A stretch of DNA of 64,000 nt from an uncultured Chloroflexia bacterium (GTDB lineage Bacteria > Chloroflexota > UBA6077 > JACCZL01), in contig CAVXYC010000027.1 of assembly GCA_963765765.1 (NCBI GenBank), positions 64,001 to 128,000 on the forward strand, read 5' to 3'. The position numbers and the translations under genes are program-made. Below are positions 54,120 to 64,000 of the stretch, in pieces. Within the stretch, counting starts at the first letter, position 1. Each line of letters opens with the position of its first letter. The notes beneath the pieces are model-generated. The model was not told the origin of the DNA and did no database searches. It was given only the letters and a program-made list of their open reading frames with translations.

Positions 54120-54985
54120 CGCGGGAAGTCAGGTCATTTCTACCTAATCTGGTACTTGTCGCTGCCGTCCTGGGCGTTTCCACGTCGGGACTGTTCATCC
54201 GACTCGCGGAATCACCATCGCTTGTCATCGCGACATACCGCATGGTGTTCGTTACGGCGCTCCTCATACTGCCGCTCATGCTTACCGGACGAGAGGATCT
54301 TGCGCGCGTCAAAGCGCGTGACGCCGTGCAACTCGTCGCCTCGGGTCTATTTCTCGCCGCCCACTTCGGCCTCTGGACGGCGTCACTGCAGTTCACGTCG
54401 GTCGCAAGCTCCGTGGTACTTGTCAGCACGCACCCCGCGTTTGTCGCGCTTGCGGAGGCATCCTGGCTGGGGCGGGTGGTCCCCACGCTCGGCATTCTCG
54501 GCATTGTTCTTACGATGCTGGGAAGCATCGTCATTGGGATCGATGAGCTTTCCAGAGGTGGCGCCAATGCGCTCGGCTGCGTACTGGCCCTCGGAGGCGC
54601 GGTGAGTATGGTGGGCTATCTCATCATCGGGAGGACGCTTCGCGCCCATCTCGGGCTCATGAGCTATACCACCGTGGTCTACGGCGTGTGCGCCGTGGCT
54701 TTAGGCGCGGCCTCGGTCATCAGCGGAGCATCCCTGGTACCTCCCGCCAAGGATATTCCGCTATTCCTTGCACTGGCCGTGGTACCTACGATCTGCGGCC
54801 ACACCTTATTCAACTGGACACTGCGTCACTTACCCGCCTCCATCGTGTCAACCGCGTTTCTCGGCGAACCGGTGGGGGCATCGCTACTTGCCTGGGCATT
54901 TCTCGCTGAGGTTCCGGCACCGGCCACAATGCTCGGGGGCAGCATCATCCTTATTGGGCTCTTTTTGACGCTCAGAAGCGCATGA
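54113..54985 (+). CDS. DMT/EamA family transporter
   Basis: LAAHFGLWTASLQFTSVASSVVLVSTHP, GHTLFNW, GEPVGASLLA. Confidence 0.88.
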   Translation: MVTREVRSFLPNLVLVAAVLGVSTSGLFIRLAESPSLVIATYRMVFVTALLILPLMLTGREDLARVKARDAVQLVASGLFLAAHFGLWTASLQFTSVASSVVLVSTHPAFVALAEASWLGRVVPTLGILGIVLTMLGSIVIGIDELSRGGANALGCVLALGGAVSMVGYLIIGRTLRAHLGLMSYTTVVYGVCAVALGAASVISGASLVPPAKDIPLFLALAVVPTICGHTLFNWTLRHLPASIVSTAFLGEPVGASLLAWAFLAEVPAPATMLGGSIILIGLFLTLRSA

Positions 54986-55744
54986 ACAAGCGGCTACTGA
55001 GGATTCTCGGTGGGCTTGGACTAGCCGGGAGCGTGGCGAGTTTGGCGGAGCGGCGAGGCAGCCTTTCACCATCTGGCGGTGTGGCAGCGACCCTGGTCGG
55101 CGCCCTGGCCTTCAGCAACGGATGGCCCGCCGCTCGGGAATTGATGGTGTTTTTCACTACATCGACCGCGCTCTCCCACCTTCCGCGCGAAGGGAAGCGA
55201 CACGCGCCGGCTCGAACCGCGACTCAAGTGCTGGCAAACGGAGGCGTTGCCAGCATCGCCTGGGGCGGGCGTCTGCTCGGAGCTCCAGCCTATTGGAGCT
55301 CTCTTGCGTCAGCCGCGCTCGCAGTGGCCGCGGCGGATACCTGGGCTACCGAGATAGGGCTACGTTGGGGAGGCACGCCGCGGCTCATCACATCGCGACG
55401 AGCCGGTCGAGGCTGGGGAATCTGGCGGAGTGACGAGCATCGGGACACTTGGCGCGATTGGCGGTGCATTCATCGTCGCCATGTCGATAGGCGATAAACG
55501 GGAGATATCCCCCATCGTATTCGCCGGAGTGCTGGGGGCAATTGTCGATTCGCTGCTGGGAGCATTAGCCCAAGCTCGGTATTGCTGCTCCGCATGCAGC
55601 GCGCGCATCGAGAATCCCGTTCACTGTGGCAAACCGGCCGAGCTCATGAGTGGCTATGCCTGGATGACTAACGACGCCGTGAACTTCGCGGCCACGCTGG
55701 TAGGCGGATTTGCGGGATTGGGATTGCGGCAACTTCGACGCTAA
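54982..55744 (+). CDS. DUF92/TMEM19 family membrane protein; frameshift near 55400
   Basis: QVLANGG, AADTWATEIG, SGGVT, VDSLLGALAQ, MTNDAVNF. Confidence 0.85.
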
Positions 55745-56048
55745 GGTGAAACTGGGCGGAACCCCGGCAGCTCAGGATTGTCGTAGCGGACGCCCGGCGT
55801 AGTACACCCTCTTACGGCGCACCTGGAAATCAGACAGACGATCGCGGTGAATAACCATGTGGCACCCGGAAAGGGCCGCATATATCGCCGCAATCGACGG
55901 TTGCACTACGCCTCTTTCTTCAGCGCAAAGAATTCCGAGTTGGCCCCGGTAGACCCGAACTGCTGTCGGGCGGTGATGGCGCCTTCACGCGGCTGCATTT
56001 GAATGGATAGCTAGGCATATGGCACAAGGCTCCGTGCTATGAGGCGCT

Positions 56049-57740
56049 CTACTCCGCGGCTGTAGCTGCGCCCTCTTCAGGCGGTGTCTGCGCGGCAGAG
56101 CCAGGGCTTTCTACCAAATAAATCTCATACAGCGGCCGATTGCTTGACGCCGGATCCATCGGTAGGGGCGCATCGGAAGAGCGAACCGCCGTCACTCGAC
56201 CGGCTTGAAGCTCTGAGCGATAACCCGGCGGCACGATGACGAATAGACGGTCACGACGCCGCAATCGCTCCTCCACCGCACCACGCGAGACCTGCGTGGT
56301 GATGATGCGGATTTTTTCAAACGGTAACAGATACGAGAAACCGTCGTAAGCGGCACGCGTCTCTCGCAGGCTGGCGATGTTCCTCGCGCCGAGATTCAGT
56401 CTATTGTCCAGAAGTACAACATCGTCATCGCTGGCGCGCGAGTCGATGAGCGCCACCGATCGAGCGATGTCCTGGTTGGTTGGAGACTCCAATGAGATGC
56501 GCCAGACGTACCTCAGCATCGGACCGACTGGCTGAATCAGGAACACGACGGCCAGAAGTGCTACGGCCCCTGAGAAAAGCCAACGTCTTCCCGAGATCGA
56601 GAGAATCATTGCCGCGATGGCTGCGTAGCACAGCGGCAGAAGTGGGCTCACGTACCGGCCATCGGTGATCGTCGAGTAACGGCCGGGGTTCGCTACGGGA
56701 AGAATAAGCAGCGTGCCAAGCAGCGCGAGCAACGGAAGCGGCTGTCCTAGCTTCGCGGCCCAGAGAAGGGCCGCCACAGCTGTACCAAGTCCGAAACCCA
56801 CCAGCGCGATGTCGACCGGCAAAGGCCAATCGTCAACCGTGCTCATTGACGTCACGAGCGTCTCACCGAGCATTCCGAGGGATCGTCCGACATTCCGCAC
56901 AATAGCCATGAAGTCCGACTCAGGCAGTGGGCCATCCGCCAGGTAATTTTTCCGGGTACGAATGTATTGCGCGTGAGTGAGCGTATCGCCCAGGTACATC
57001 AGGTTGTGAACGAGGACACTTGCGTACGCGAGCATGAAAAGCCCGATGCCAACGTAGGTCCATCGGCTGCGCAGCAGCCACGGCGCCTTCACGATGACGA
57101 AAAGGATGATCGCGGGAATGAACATCCCTGCAAGTAGGTGAGTCTGAAGTGCAAGGCCGAACGAGAGGCCCGCAATGACCATTGGCCAGGCGGCCCGAGT
57201 TCGCACGACGCGCATAACCAGCCAGAGACCCAGCGTGGTGAAGAATGGCGTCATCGAATTCGACCAGGCGATGTGACTGTTCACGATGACGTGGACGCCG
57301 GCCATAGCCAGCATCATGGAGCTCAACGCTCCAACCAGGCGCGTCCGCGTTAATCCGACCGAGCGAGCGATCTCCATACCTAGCGGGTATGTCAAGCCGA
57401 CTGTAAGTCCGCCCAGGAACCACGAGATAAGCCGAGGCGACCAGGGATTCTGGCCGCTGACCAAGAAGACGAGCGCAACGGCATAGTTCTGGATTGCACC
57501 GATGTAGGAATCGACACTGGTGAGCGGGAGAAGCCGCCCCTGGGAGATCAACAGGCCCCGTAGGACTTCTTGAATCTCGTCCGTGAAGCGCGGGGCGGTC
57601 GATAGGTACGGCCACCGGACCACGAGAGCAAGGGTGACGACCGCCAAGAACGCAATGACGTCGATTGTCCGTTCGCCAAGCAACATTGCGCTCGATCTGG
57701 GCCGAGCGACGGACCGAGCTGTGGAGAGAACCGCGGCCAT
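56049..57740 (-). CDS. GT39/ArnT-like membrane glycosyltransferase
   Basis: VRWPYLSTAPRFTDE, PLTSVDSYIG, NSHIAWSN, LALQTH, DGRYVSPLLP. Confidence 0.75.
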   Translation of the reverse strand: MAAVLSTARSVARPRSSAMLLGERTIDVIAFLAVVTLALVVRWPYLSTAPRFTDEIQEVLRGLLISQGRLLPLTSVDSYIGAIQNYAVALVFLVSGQNPWSPRLISWFLGGLTVGLTYPLGMEIARSVGLTRTRLVGALSSMMLAMAGVHVIVNSHIAWSNSMTPFFTTLGLWLVMRVVRTRAAWPMVIAGLSFGLALQTHLLAGMFIPAIILFVIVKAPWLLRSRWTYVGIGLFMLAYASVLVHNLMYLGDTLTHAQYIRTRKNYLADGPLPESDFMAIVRNVGRSLGMLGETLVTSMSTVDDWPLPVDIALVGFGLGTAVAALLWAAKLGQPLPLLALLGTLLILPVANPGRYSTITDGRYVSPLLPLCYAAIAAMILSISGRRWLFSGAVALLAVVFLIQPVGPMLRYVWRISLESPTNQDIARSVALIDSRASDDDVVLLDNRLNLGARNIASLRETRAAYDGFSYLLPFEKIRIITTQVSRGAVEERLRRRDRLFVIVPPGYRSELQAGRVTAVRSSDAPLPMDPASSNRPLYEIYLVESPGSAAQTPPEEGAATAAE

Positions 57741-58085
57741 AATAGAGGAAGAGCCTATGTTACGCGACGGAGCAGGTATGGAACGAGGCGCCTATTTGCG
57801 CTGCCTGCACGATTCGCAATGCAAAGTGGCATTATGTCAATAGATCCTGTGTGCGATTGGAGCGAGCATGGGCCTTTTGTCAAGCGTTTCGGCGTCACAG
57901 AAGCGTAACACTTGACATCGGGTGGGACGGTCACCTTTAATCAGGCGTCGCGAAGTAGGAATCCGACTGGAGAGACGGGGTAGTATCCGAGCGGGAATTT
58001 GAAGCCGGGAGCTGCTCGGCGCGCATTCCCCCGGATGTCCCGTCTTTTTTGATGTGCGACGGGCACACCACCCAGGGAGACAGCA

Positions 58086-59216
58086 ATGGCCATTGCAAAC
58101 GCACTTGGAACGACCTATCAAGTCGATTCCTATCTGAATTTCGTCAAGAGTGAGAACATTCCCATCTACGACGTCTACGCTGTCGACACGCTTACCGTGG
58201 ATCTCGAGCCCTGGGAGCGGGTGGGAGGTCTTGGGGCCTATGTGCACCTGGCTGGACGCAGTGACTATCTGAGCTGCTACGTGTCGGAAATCGCTGCGGG
58301 TGGTCATCTGAAATCGGAGCGCCACGCGTTCGACAAGCTGATCTACGTCGTCAAGGGTCGCGGCGCTACCACGATCGAGCTTGGGAACGGCAAGAAACAT
58401 ACGTTCGAGTGGGGCCCGGGGAGCCTGTTCGGCATCCCGATGAACGCCCAGCATCAGCACTTCAATGGCTCAGGAACTGAGACGGCACGGTTTGCTGCCG
58501 TCACCAACCTGGCCATCATCATGAACATCTACCACAACACCGACTTCATCTTCGACAACCCATTCGTCTTCAACGACCGAGCGGGCGAGGATCGGTTCTT
58601 CCAGGGTGAGGGCGAGTACCACCCGGTGAAAGCCGGCCGCAATCACTGGGAGACAAACTTCGTGCCCGACCTGGTCAATTTCGAGCTGCCAGAATGGCAT
58701 GCACGGGGGGCGGGAGGCAACAACATCCAGTTCCTTCTCGCGAACTCGACGATGCACGCGCACATTTCCGAGTTTGGTCAGGGCACGTACAAGAAAGCCC
58801 ATGCGCACGACGCGGGCGCACACATCTTTTGTGTGACCGGACAGGGATACTCACTGCTATGGCATGACGGTGAGAATCCGATTGATACCGTGCGCGTGGA
58901 CTGGAAGCCCGGAACGCTTTACGCGCCACCAGACGGGCCCACAATCCACCAGCATTTCAACACCGCAACCGCAACTTCACGGTATCTCGCTCTCGACTTT
59001 GGCGGCATTCGTTATAAGGTGACCGAGAAGAAGAGCAAGAACTACGAGGGTATGGACGTGTCCATGAAGGACGGCGGCATTCAGATTGAGTATGAGGATG
59101 AGGACCCGCGCATTCTCGAGCTCTTCGAGAGGGAGTGTGCCGGGGCTGGGGGCCAATCGAAAATGCGAGAGTGGATTTCGGACTACGTGGCCAATAGGCA
59201 GGTGGCCAGGACATGA
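58086..59216 (+). CDS. Bicupin (gentisate 1,2-dioxygenase-like fold)
   Basis: ERHAFDKLIYVVKGRG...HQHFNGSG and YKKAHAHDAGAH...GYSLLW...HQHFNT. Confidence 0.8.
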   Translation: MAIANALGTTYQVDSYLNFVKSENIPIYDVYAVDTLTVDLEPWERVGGLGAYVHLAGRSDYLSCYVSEIAAGGHLKSERHAFDKLIYVVKGRGATTIELGNGKKHTFEWGPGSLFGIPMNAQHQHFNGSGTETARFAAVTNLAIIMNIYHNTDFIFDNPFVFNDRAGEDRFFQGEGEYHPVKAGRNHWETNFVPDLVNFELPEWHARGAGGNNIQFLLANSTMHAHISEFGQGTYKKAHAHDAGAHIFCVTGQGYSLLWHDGENPIDTVRVDWKPGTLYAPPDGPTIHQHFNTATATSRYLALDFGGIRYKVTEKKSKNYEGMDVSMKDGGIQIEYEDEDPRILELFERECAGAGGQSKMREWISDYVANRQVART

Positions 59217-59255
59217 ACATGAATGTGGCACACGAACTAAAGGAGCACAGCATCG

Positions 59256-60794
59256 ATGCCACCTGAAGCGGTACAGGTCGACGTCTGGCACGCGTTTTAC
59301 AGTAGCCTTTTCCAGATTCTGGAATGGCCGACCATCGGGTACATGTTTATCGGAATGTTTATCGGATTCTGGGTCGGCATCTTGCCCGGAATTGGCGGCG
59401 CGGCAACAATGGCGCTCATGCTGCCTTTCGTCTTCAGCATGACGCCCGTTGCCGCAATTGCATTTCTGCTGGGGATGTACTCGGTCACCGCGACAACAGG
59501 TGACATCACCTCAGTTCTTTTTGGTGTCCCTGGTGAAGGAAGCTCAGCCGCGGTCATTTTTGACGGCTTCCCGATGGCCAAACGGGGTGAAGCCGGGCGG
59601 GCTCTCGGCATCGTGCTCTTCACGTCGCTCGTTGGCGCGATCATCGGCGCGATAGGACTGGCGCTGGTGATCCCATTCGTGCGCCCCATTGTGCTGAGCT
59701 TCGGACCACCCGAATTCTTCATGATGGCGGTGCTCGGACTGAGTTTCGTCGCAGCGTTGAGTGGTGGGTCGATTACCAAGGGGCTTTTGATGGCTGGCTT
59801 CGGTCTCATTCTGGCGACAGTTGGCCAGGACCCAGGCACCGCGCGGCTTCGCTACACCTTTGGTGAGCCGTATCTCTTCCAGGGCGTGCCGCTTATCCCG
59901 GTTGCGGTCGGCTTATTCGCCGTACCATCCATCGTAGAGATGATGTGGCAGAAGACCTCCATTGCTCGAGTAAAGCCTACGGAAATCCATGGCGCCATGC
60001 AGGGAGTGAAGGACACGTTCACCTATTGGTGGCTGACCGTCCGGGCAAGCCTCATTGGCCTTGTCCTGGCTATGATCCCGGGGGTAGGCGGCGGCACGTC
60101 GCAGTTCGTAGCCTACGCGCACGCTTACCAGACATCGAAGAACAAAGAAGCGTTTGGCAAAGGCTCCATCGAGGGTTTAGTCGCGGCCGGTGCGGTGAAC
60201 AACTCTCGCGAAGGCGGCCATCTCATTCCAACGGTAGCTTTCGGTATTCCCGCGGGCGCAGCCATGGCCCTGCTTCTGGGAGCGCTACTCATCGTTGGGA
60301 TCACCCCAGGCCCCGCCATGTTGACTACAAACCTGGACGTGACGTTCAGCATGGTCTGGACGATGGTCGTGACCAACATCATCACGGTGATATTCTGCTT
60401 AATTTTTGTAAAGCAACTCGCCTGGATCACGTTTGCCAAAGGCTCTGTCTTGGTGCCGTTTCTGATCTTCCTGGTTGCCATTGGCGCATTCACCGCGAAC
60501 AATGCCTGGCTGGATATCGTAGTGATGCTCTTCTTCGGCGTAATGGGCATGCTTATGACGATCTGGCGCTGGCCTATCCCACCGTTGTTGCTTGGTCTTG
60601 TCTTGGGAGATCTCGCGGAGCGGAATTACTTCCTCTCGCAATCCCTGTGGCCTGGTGGCGAATGGGTCACGCGACCTCTGGTCATCGTGCTTGGCATCAT
60701 CTCGATCTTGGGTCTCGCTGGCCCGCTGATTTCGGACTTTCTCAAGAAACGAACGATGCGCGCGTTGAAGGTAAAGGAGGTGGACGTTGTCTAG
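59256..60794 (+). CDS. tctA: Tripartite tricarboxylate transporter large permease
   Basis: GILPGIGG, FGVPGEGSSA..FDGFPMAKRGEAGRAL, IPTVAFGIPAG, GITPGP. Confidence 0.93.
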   Translation: MPPEAVQVDVWHAFYSSLFQILEWPTIGYMFIGMFIGFWVGILPGIGGAATMALMLPFVFSMTPVAAIAFLLGMYSVTATTGDITSVLFGVPGEGSSAAVIFDGFPMAKRGEAGRALGIVLFTSLVGAIIGAIGLALVIPFVRPIVLSFGPPEFFMMAVLGLSFVAALSGGSITKGLLMAGFGLILATVGQDPGTARLRYTFGEPYLFQGVPLIPVAVGLFAVPSIVEMMWQKTSIARVKPTEIHGAMQGVKDTFTYWWLTVRASLIGLVLAMIPGVGGGTSQFVAYAHAYQTSKNKEAFGKGSIEGLVAAGAVNNSREGGHLIPTVAFGIPAGAAMALLLGALLIVGITPGPAMLTTNLDVTFSMVWTMVVTNIITVIFCLIFVKQLAWITFAKGSVLVPFLIFLVAIGAFTANNAWLDIVVMLFFGVMGMLMTIWRWPIPPLLLGLVLGDLAERNYFLSQSLWPGGEWVTRPLVIVLGIISILGLAGPLISDFLKKRTMRALKVKEVDVV

Positions 60795-61407
60795 GGCTGA
60801 CTTCTGGATCGCGAGACTACCTGCCATAATGAGCCTCTTCGTGCTGCTTGTATTCATCATCGCCGTTGTACAAATCCAGAGCTTTCCGGCCAGAGCAAAG
60901 GCCTTCCCATTAGTCGTTGCCTGGCCCATGCTTGCGCTGGCAATCGTGCAGCTAGGCATGGATCTCTTCAAACCAAGGGCACGGGGTGGGCCCGCTACGT
61001 CTATGGCAATGGGGATGTCAACGGGCGCAGTTCCCGACGATGTCCGCCAGGCTTCCGTAAAACCGGCCACCACGGTCAGCGAGGCCGATCGGCTGGCCCA
61101 GCTCAGGGTCGAGCTTGACGAGCTTGCAGCACTCGAAGATGCTGAGGTCGTCCCGCACACGCGCAAAGACATTGTTATTGCGCTTACGTGGTTCTTCGCG
61201 TTCTTCGTGGTCATCTGGCTCATCGGCATGCGCATCGGGATTCCGCTCTATACCGCGATCTACCTCTTCGTCGTTTCGAAGGAAAAGTGGTGGGGGGCTC
61301 TATTGGGCGCTGCCGGCGCGTACGCTTTCATCTTTTTCATCTTTGACCAGATCGGGCACCTGCCCTTCTTCCCAGGCGAGCTCATCAAGATGTTGGGTCT
61401 CGACTAG
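60787..61407 (+). CDS. tctB: Tripartite tricarboxylate transporter small subunit
   Basis: ~4 TM, AKAFPL, lies between tctA and tctC. Confidence 0.8.
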   Translation: MSRADFWIARLPAIMSLFVLLVFIIAVVQIQSFPARAKAFPLVVAWPMLALAIVQLGMDLFKPRARGGPATSMAMGMSTGAVPDDVRQASVKPATTVSEADRLAQLRVELDELAALEDAEVVPHTRKDIVIALTWFFAFFVVIWLIGMRIGIPLYTAIYLFVVSKEKWWGALLGAAGAYAFIFFIFDQIGHLPFFPGELIKMLGLD

Positions 61408-61545
61408 GCTGCGATCCGGTCCGGTAACATAGCAGCGCGGAGCCACAACCACGCTGCCCGATCTACAGGTACGCGGCGCGCCGAGCTCGGCGCGCCGCGT
61501 ACGTTTGTGTGGATAGTTGATGTCCCAATCCCAGGAGGTTTCAAG

Positions 61546-62778
61546 TTGATCCAGTCCCGTCGGCCGCGCGGCGTAGCGCTCTCCGTTCTAGGTTCCATGG
61601 CGGGCGCCTTACTTGCAGCATGCTCACCGAGCGCGCCGGCGAGTCCCACTACTGCACCCAAGCCCACCGCGGCAGCCGAGAAACCAGCCGCATCTCCGGG
61701 AGCCGTCCCCGCTGGCTCCCCATTCGCATCACCGGTCGCATCTCCCGCCGCGGGCGCACCTGCCGCCGCGGCCAAGACATCCACGTCCACAGTAGATCCA
61801 TCGCTCGCATCGACCTGGCAGGGCAAGACCCTCACCATCGTGGTAGCCGAAGCTCCTGGCGGTGGGTATGACAACTGGGGACGCCTTGTTGGTCGACATC
61901 TCGGAAAACAGCTTCCCGGCAATCCGACCGTCATAGTGGAGAACATGCCCGGCGGATCGCACCGGATCGGCACCAATCATGTCTATCAGTCCAGAGCTGA
62001 CGGTCTGACTATTGGCCTGGTGGACCGTTTTATCCCGGGCTACCAGCTACGCGGCGAGGGCCCCGAAGAAGGCGTTCGCTACGATGCCAACAAACTCAAC
62101 TGGCTTGGTAGCACCGCGACCGAGACACAGGCATTGACCATGACAAGCAAACCAGAGGTGACCAGTTGGAAAGACCTGGCCACCAAAGAGGTCAAGATCG
62201 GACACACGGGTCCTGGAAGTTCGCCGCACACCTACCAGTTGCTGCTGAACAAGGCCCTGAACCTCAAGACTCAGCCGATCTTTGGCTACAATGGCACGGC
62301 CTCCATTCTTCTGGGCATGGATCGTGGCGAGGTCGATGGCATCGTCATCTCGTACTCGTCGCTCGCCATTCAGAAGGCGGATGACCTCAAGGCAAAGAAC
62401 CTCATTCCGCTTGTGCAGTTTGGCGATGCCCGCATCAAGGACCCGTTGTCCGGAATGCCACCGGCCGCGGAAGATCTTTTCAAAGAGGCCTCACCTGAAT
62501 ATCAGCAGCTCCTCGCTCTCGCACAGCGGCCATTCACCTGGTCTCGAGCCTTCGTCCTGCCGCCCAATATGGATGCCAAGGTGCTGAGCACGATGCGCGC
62601 TGCATTCATGAACACTATGTCTGACGCCGACTTCCTCTCTGATGCTCGTCAACTCAAATTCGATGTGGACGCGGTGTCAGGCGAACAAGTGCAGTCGCTC
62701 ATCGAGGAGTACATGAAAACCCCGCGGCCCATCGTGGACCGATTGACTGAGCTAATCGAGGCAGACACCCCACACTGA
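61546..62778 (+). CDS. tctC: Tripartite tricarboxylate transporter substrate-binding lipoprotein
   Basis: LAAC lipobox, APGGGYD..GRL, LPGNPTVIVENMPGG, DGLTIG, RGEVDG. Confidence 0.9.
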   Translation: MIQSRRPRGVALSVLGSMAGALLAACSPSAPASPTTAPKPTAAAEKPAASPGAVPAGSPFASPVASPAAGAPAAAAKTSTSTVDPSLASTWQGKTLTIVVAEAPGGGYDNWGRLVGRHLGKQLPGNPTVIVENMPGGSHRIGTNHVYQSRADGLTIGLVDRFIPGYQLRGEGPEEGVRYDANKLNWLGSTATETQALTMTSKPEVTSWKDLATKEVKIGHTGPGSSPHTYQLLLNKALNLKTQPIFGYNGTASILLGMDRGEVDGIVISYSSLAIQKADDLKAKNLIPLVQFGDARIKDPLSGMPPAAEDLFKEASPEYQQLLALAQRPFTWSRAFVLPPNMDAKVLSTMRAAFMNTMSDADFLSDARQLKFDVDAVSGEQVQSLIEEYMKTPRPIVDRLTELIEADTPH

Positions 62779-62827
62779 GCACAAATCGGCGGTAGGATAC
62801 GCACCTATAGGAGGAAAGAGGACACAG

Positions 62828-64000
62828 ATGTTTGACGAGCTACGCGAACGGTTTCAGCATGACTGGGACTTCGACCACGACCACGAGGATTTCGAGGACG
62901 AGGACTGGTCGCCGCCCACATCAAAGAACGATTTTTACTATGCCGACAATATCGAGCTGACCACGGTCGGAATTGATATTGGCTCGTCGACATCGCACCT
63001 GATGTTTTCACGGCTCCATCTACAGCGCCTGGGGCAGTTTCTTTCCAGCCGCTATGTGGTCGTGAATCGCGAGGCCCTCTATCGATCTGAAATCCTACTC
63101 ACACCTTACCGATCTGACAATACGATCGATGCTGAGAGCCTGGGCAACTTCATTGCCACGGCCTACCAGGAGTCCGGGCTCTCACCCGACGACATCGACT
63201 CCGGCGCCATCATCCTCACAGGTGAGGCCATCAAGCGAAGTAACGCACGTGCAATTGCGGACCTCTTCGCCACTCAGGCTGGAAAGTTCGTCTGCGCATC
63301 GGCCGGTCACAACCTCGAGGCTATCCTGGCGGCCAACGGCTCTGGTGGCGTGGCGCTTTCCCGCGACCCTGCCCAAACGGTGCTCAACATCGACGTTGGC
63401 GGTGGCACCAGCAAATTCGCGCTCATCACCAACGGCAAGGTTCTCGAAACGGCCGCTATCAACGTCGGTGGACGTCTTGTGGCCGTTGACGAAAATCGCA
63501 AGGTGACTCGAGTTGAGCACGCCGCCCACATCGTTGCCGATTCGATCGGAGTGCATCTCAAGATCGACGAGACTCTGTCAAAGGAAGATGAAGAGAAGCT
63601 TGGCGACCGCCTGGCCGAGTGCATCTTCGAGCTTGCCAATCGGCAAAAGCTCAGCCCTCTGGCTCAAGAGCTCATGCTTACACCAGAGCTCACGATAGAC
63701 TTACCCGTGGATTTGGTCACCTTCTCAGGTGGTGTCTCCGAATACATCTACGAGCGTGAGAACACCGACTACGGCGACCTTGCCCTCTCTCTTGCGGCCT
63801 CAGTGCGCAAGCGCATCGCGGACGGCCGCTTACCCGCCGCTATGAAATCTACGGACGAGCGTATTCGCGCAACGGTGATCGGCGCCTCGCAGTTCACCGT
63901 TCAGGTCAGCGGCAACACGATCTCCATCAGTGATGAGTCCGTTCTCCCCTTCCACAATCTTCAGGTCATCTACCCGCACTTGCCCGAGCGTGAAGACGTC
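62828..64000 (+). CDS. eutA: EutA-like (ethanolamine ammonia-lyase reactivase family) ATPase, runs off window end
   Basis: Not in ORF track; manual translation: MFDELRERFQHDWDFDHDHEDFEDED...TVGIDIGSSTSHLMFS...ILLTPY...IDSGAIILTGEA...AGKFVCASAGHNLEAILAANGSG...NIDVGGGTSK...FSGGVSEYIY...IRATVIGASQFTVQVSGNTI. Confidence 0.88.
   Translation, partial: MFDELRERFQHDWDFDHDHEDFEDEDWSPPTSKNDFYYADNIELTTVGIDIGSSTSHLMFSRLHLQRLGQFLSSRYVVVNREALYRSEILLTPYRSDNTIDAESLGNFIATAYQESGLSPDDIDSGAIILTGEAIKRSNARAIADLFATQAGKFVCASAGHNLEAILAANGSGGVALSRDPAQTVLNIDVGGGTSKFALITNGKVLETAAINVGGRLVAVDENRKVTRVEHAAHIVADSIGVHLKIDETLSKEDEEKLGDRLAECIFELANRQKLSPLAQELMLTPELTIDLPVDLVTFSGGVSEYIYERENTDYGDLALSLAASVRKRIADGRLPAAMKSTDERIRATVIGASQFTVQVSGNTISISDESVLPFHNLQVIYPHLPEREDV

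Overview
GC-rich bacterial chromosomal window, most consistent with a Chloroflexota genome (inference from F420-dependent Fgd, Ala/Pro-linker lipoprotein solute-binding proteins, TctABC and many catabolic enzymes). Many single-base frameshifts, including one in the normally essential ligA, suggest long-read consensus errors, so pseudogene calls are uncertain. Contents: aromatic catabolism and uptake genes (hpaBC, Dpp- and Fbp-type ABC transporters, amidohydrolase, cupin, amidase), a csoR-copA-copZ operon, cydAB, an M16 peptidase pair, a decayed LuxR/PAS signalling island ending in a probable serine-recombinase remnant, dinB, a two-component system plus sigma factor, doxX-dsrE, two GT39-like glycosyltransferases, fgd, ligA and a bicupin-tctABC-eutA-like cluster. 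Most notable: (1) four Xer/dif-like sites that bracket cydAB as an apparent cassette; (2) a DsrE selenoprotein hidden by an in-frame UGA (UxxC) with a SECIS-like hairpin; (3) a 182-bp MITE with 20-bp TIRs and a perfect 9-bp target duplication; (4) an unrecognised ~60-aa domain present three times in the island; (5) an EutA-like ATPase with a bicupin and a TTT transporter but no eutBC within the window; (6) a stand-alone integrase core-binding domain.
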